DNA from: Malacoraja senta
Lineage: Eukaryota
NCBI GenBank assembly: GCA_038087875.1
Contig: CM075991.1
Coordinates: 10,790,001-10,854,000 of the forward strand
Reading direction: 5' to 3'
DNA length: 64,000 bases
Notes under the pieces: model-generated
The model's database searches: none
Told to the model about the DNA's origin: nothing
What the model saw: the letters and a program-made list of their open reading frames with translations, nothing else
Position numbers and translations under genes: made by a program
In this document: positions 60,546 to 64,000 of the stretch, piece after piece
Numbering within the stretch: the first letter of the stretch is position 1
Layout of the letters: each line of letters starts with the position of its first letter

Positions 60546-61669
60546 TGGGCAAATTGGCTTGGTAAAAATGTAAAAATTATCCCTAGTGTCCCTAAACAGT
60601 CAAGAACGGTAGTCTGTGCCGATCTGCGTTTTAGTTTAGTTTAGAGATATACCGTGAAAATAGGCCCTTCAGCCCATCGAATCTGCACCAACCAGAGATC
60701 CCTGCTCATTAACGCTATCCTACACACACAATCTATACATACACCAAGCCAATTAACCTACAAACCTGTACGTCTTAGGAGTACAGAATCACCACCCTCA
60801 GTCTAAAGAACTTCCCCTTTCTGAAGGTAAGTCCTTTTATTCTGAGCTGTGCTGTATCTGTGCTGTACGACTATGTTTAACTTCGAATGCTTCTATTCAC
60901 ATCCTGTTCTCTCCTCAAATCTAAAATACTCTGTTGGCCTGACTAATCTAATAACTGATAAACTAATGTCACAGACGGTCTGGCTCATGAGGATGGCAAG
61001 TCTGTGTATAACGTGAATACACCTCCAATCTCGCGGCAACAATTCCTAAATTGAATCTGGGTGAAGCCCGCAGAGAAAGAAACAAGTTAATCTGTGAAGG
61101 AAACCCAATTCAAAGACGCTGCATGTTTGACTGAGTTTTTATAATGTTTTTATTTGTTCTCCCAGAAGCGGGAGGTTGCAGGGTCGAGAAAACAAATTTA
61201 ACCTGGGGGGAATGTCTGCTGTTGCTCTGAATTCGTACGAGTTTCAATTCAGTCTCGACAGAACCATTGTTAGCTCCAAGAATGTCAATGAGCCAAAGAC
61301 TCCATTGTTTGGCTGCATTTTGATGAGTCCCCTTAAGTTTTGCATCAAATATAATAAACCTTGTAATGGGATAATATTGGGATGATGTTACATTCCATTG
61401 ATCTTAATGCTGGATGTATCACCGTTAATTTACTCAATTAAAGCACTTATTTTCGGTCCAGCATTTGAAATGGCTGAGGACTGAGGGGAATATAAGTGGC
61501 ACTGTAAATTTAATGTATCCAACTAATGCACTCATGGTCCCAACTCCCACACAAAGAAGGACAATAGCTGCCGGCTCCCATATTAAGCACCGCAGCTTAG
61601 AATTCTTCCTCTTGCTTCTTGCTGGGCCTGTGAAAGTTTTGTCACTCTGCAAACTTTCCCCCCACTAAG

Positions 61670-61975
61670 CGGGCAGCATGGTGGTACAGCGGTAGAGTTG
61701 CTGCCTTACAGGGCTTGCAGCGCTGGAGACCCGGGTTCGATCCCGACTACAGGTGCTGTCTGTACGGAGTTTGTACGTTCTCCCCGTGACCGAGTGGGCT
61801 TTCCTCCGAGATCTTCGGTTTTCTCCCACACTGCAAAGACGTGCAGGTGTGTCACTTAATTGGCTTGGTGCATGTGTAAATTGTCCCTGGATAGTGTTTG
61901 TGTGCGGGGATCGCTGGTCGGCGCGGACTCGGTGGGCCGAAGGGCCTGTTTCCGCGCTGTATCTCTAAACTAGAC
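61670..61975 (+). mobile_element. Full-length V-SINE
   Basis: Head, V-domain and tail. Confidence 0.9.
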
Positions 61976-62199
61976 TATTCCTTTTCAGACATGTTCAAAT
62001 CCCGATTAAAAATTATCATCAATTTAATTCCATCATCCTTGCAATAACTGATCAGATCCACTCACTGCACGAGAAAGACTTCGAATTTCCCTCAGATTGT
62101 AAAAGGTTAGGAGCAGGATTGGACCATTAAGCCCTTAAACCTCTTCACCATTCAATACCATTATGGCTGATCTGATCTTGAATGTAACGCATTGCTTAC

Positions 62200-62250
62200 C
62201 TCTTGATGTAGTTTCTGGTATCCACATTGTGTGTTGATAACATCTCCTTC
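62200..62250 (-). CDS. TSPAN15-like tetraspanin internal exon
   Basis: Acceptor ttttctctctttcccactag, donor GAG|gtaagc, 51 bp, phase 0-0. Encodes EGDVINTQCGYQKLHQE (TspanC8 VxNTxCGY motif). Confidence 0.92.
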
Positions 62251-62329
62251 CTAGTGGGAAAGAGAGAAAAGTGTCACCAGCTAATCATTAACAACCTGAT
62301 ACATTCCCTCTGCATTTAAGAAACACTTA

Positions 62330-62637
62330 AGCCCCTGTCCCACTTTCCCGAGTTACTCACGAATTCTCCCGAGTTTGCCCCTTGATTCAAACTCGGAGAA
62401 TGTCCGTAGCGAGCCCGTAGGAGTCCGTGGATATTTAGTAGCGGCTCGTAATGCCAGCCGTAGGTACTCGGGGCATCAGGTAAGTCGGGACGTTTTTTCA
62501 GCATGTTGAAAAATGTCCACGAGTAATAAATATAGCCCCGATATTTAAAAAATAGCTACAGCTGGCATCTCCGAGTTTGAATCAAGGGGAAAACTCGGGA
62601 GAATTCGTGAGTAACTCGGGAAAGTGGGACAGGGGCT
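62330..62637. mobile_element. PIF/Harbinger-type MITE
   Basis: About 70-bp TIRs starting AGCCCCTGTCCCACTTTCCCGAGTTACTCACGAATTCTCCC; TTA TSD. Confidence 0.93.
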
Positions 62638-62940
62638 TTAGACAATACACAATAGGTGCAGGAGTAGGCCATTTGGCCCTTCGAGCCAGCACCGCCATTC
62701 AATGTGATCACGACTGATGATTCCTAATCAGCACCCCGTTCCTGCCTTCTCCCCATATCCCCTGACTCCGCTATTTTTAAGAGTCCTACCTAGCTCTCTC
62801 TTGAAAGCATCCAGAGAACCGGCCTCCACCGCGCTCTGAGACAGGTACATGGATAGGACAAGTCCTTCCTACACATTTCGCCTGCAGGAACAAAGTTGTC
62901 CTACTTCAGTGAGATCTTTCGCTGTTGCATTTTCAGTGAT

Positions 62941-63133
62941 TGTGTAGGAAGGAACTGCAGATGCTGGGTTAAACCGAAGATAAGACACAAAAAGCTGGGG
63001 TAACTCAGCGGGACAGGCAGCATCTCTGGAGAGAAGGAATGGGTGACGTTTCGGTTTGAAGGGTCTCAACCCGAATCGTCACCCATTCTTTCTCTCCGGG
63101 GATGCTGCCTGTCCCGCTGAGTTAGTCCAGCAT
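62941..63133. mobile_element. Foldback Penelope hammerhead element
   Basis: Inverted PLE terminal units joined at ~63055-63060. Confidence 0.8.
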
Positions 63134-64000
63134 GTTGCAATCTGTGGTATTGCCTATGTGAGGCATAGCGGAGGCACAGCGACATAGCAAGTCGTGTCCC
63201 AGTTTAAGTGGATTAGACCAGAGAGTGATGGACTCACTCGTGACACCAGCATCCTATAATCTATTAAAAAAATCAGCCAAACTGCCATTTCAATCTGTTT
63301 TCCTTTCTGTTGGAGAAAGTTAAGCTGATTTGAAATGGTTCACTGAGACTAATGTGCCACTTAATCATGTGCTTATTCCAAGAGGTCAAGTTTTCGACTT
63401 AATGGAATATTTGTGTCAGCAATTTATGCAAATTACAATTCACATTTTAAGTCTGCTTGTCCAACAGCCACTGATAGCTTAGCTGGAGAGGTGAATTTAA
63501 CCCTTCGGCAGTGCACAATGCCATTCCACTGTCGGCAACGATTAGATTTCCTTGCCGGGACACTCCTTGCCCACCATTACTTCGTCAACGTTAAACCCGT
63601 GTGTTTATGAGTTCACAAGTCACCGGTGCAGAATTAGGCCATGCGGCCCATCGAGTTTCCTCCGCCATTCAATCATGCCTGAACTATCTTCCCCTCTCAA
63701 CCCCATTATCCTGCCTTCTCCACATAACTTTTTTTTAAAGTTTAGTTTAATTTAGAAAAACAGTATGAAAACAGGCCTTTCGGCCCACAGAGTGCCCGCT
63801 GACCATTGATCATCTGACACCATGTTATACCACTTTCTCATCCAAACCCTTAACATTTGGGACAATTTTACAGTGGCCAATTAATCTTCAAACTTATCAG
63901 AAAATGTTGGAAATACTGAATAGATCAGGTAGCAGGGTTAACCTTTCATTAGAACGGAGATATTAACTTTATTTCATCCTCTGTGGATACTGCCTGACGT

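Overview
Eukaryotic, repeat-dominated genomic DNA. The mix of CR1/HER1-type LINEs, HE1-like V-SINEs, Rex1/Babar, L2, L1 and Penelope elements points to a cartilaginous fish, probably a skate or ray (inference). There is one 200-N gap (6529-6728). Most entries in the supplied ORF track are repeat or microsatellite artefacts. Reading splice sites by hand gives two host genes on the minus strand, both running off the window. (1) The last three coding exons of a TSPAN15-like tetraspanin (62200-62250, 57532-57648, 32425-32658), plus a candidate 48-bp in-frame cassette exon (49476-49523). (2) The 5' exons of an electrogenic Na+/HCO3- cotransporter, most likely slc4a5 (16581-16657, 13253-13283, 4191-4264, 2974-3183, possibly 16734-16776). 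Introns and intergenic DNA are filled with nested mobile elements. The most notable observations are: short Penelope-derived elements carrying minimal hammerhead-ribozyme cores, often as foldback palindromes with their own target-site duplications (TSDs); a solo LTR followed by a 48-nt read-through copy of its tRNA-Leu primer; a modular non-tRNA retroelement family with a shared hairpin and swapped LINE tails; six PIF/Harbinger-type MITEs with common termini; and several templated or nested insertions whose empty sites are present in the same window. Repeat boundaries are approximate unless a TSD is quoted. Family assignments come from recalled motifs, not database searches.
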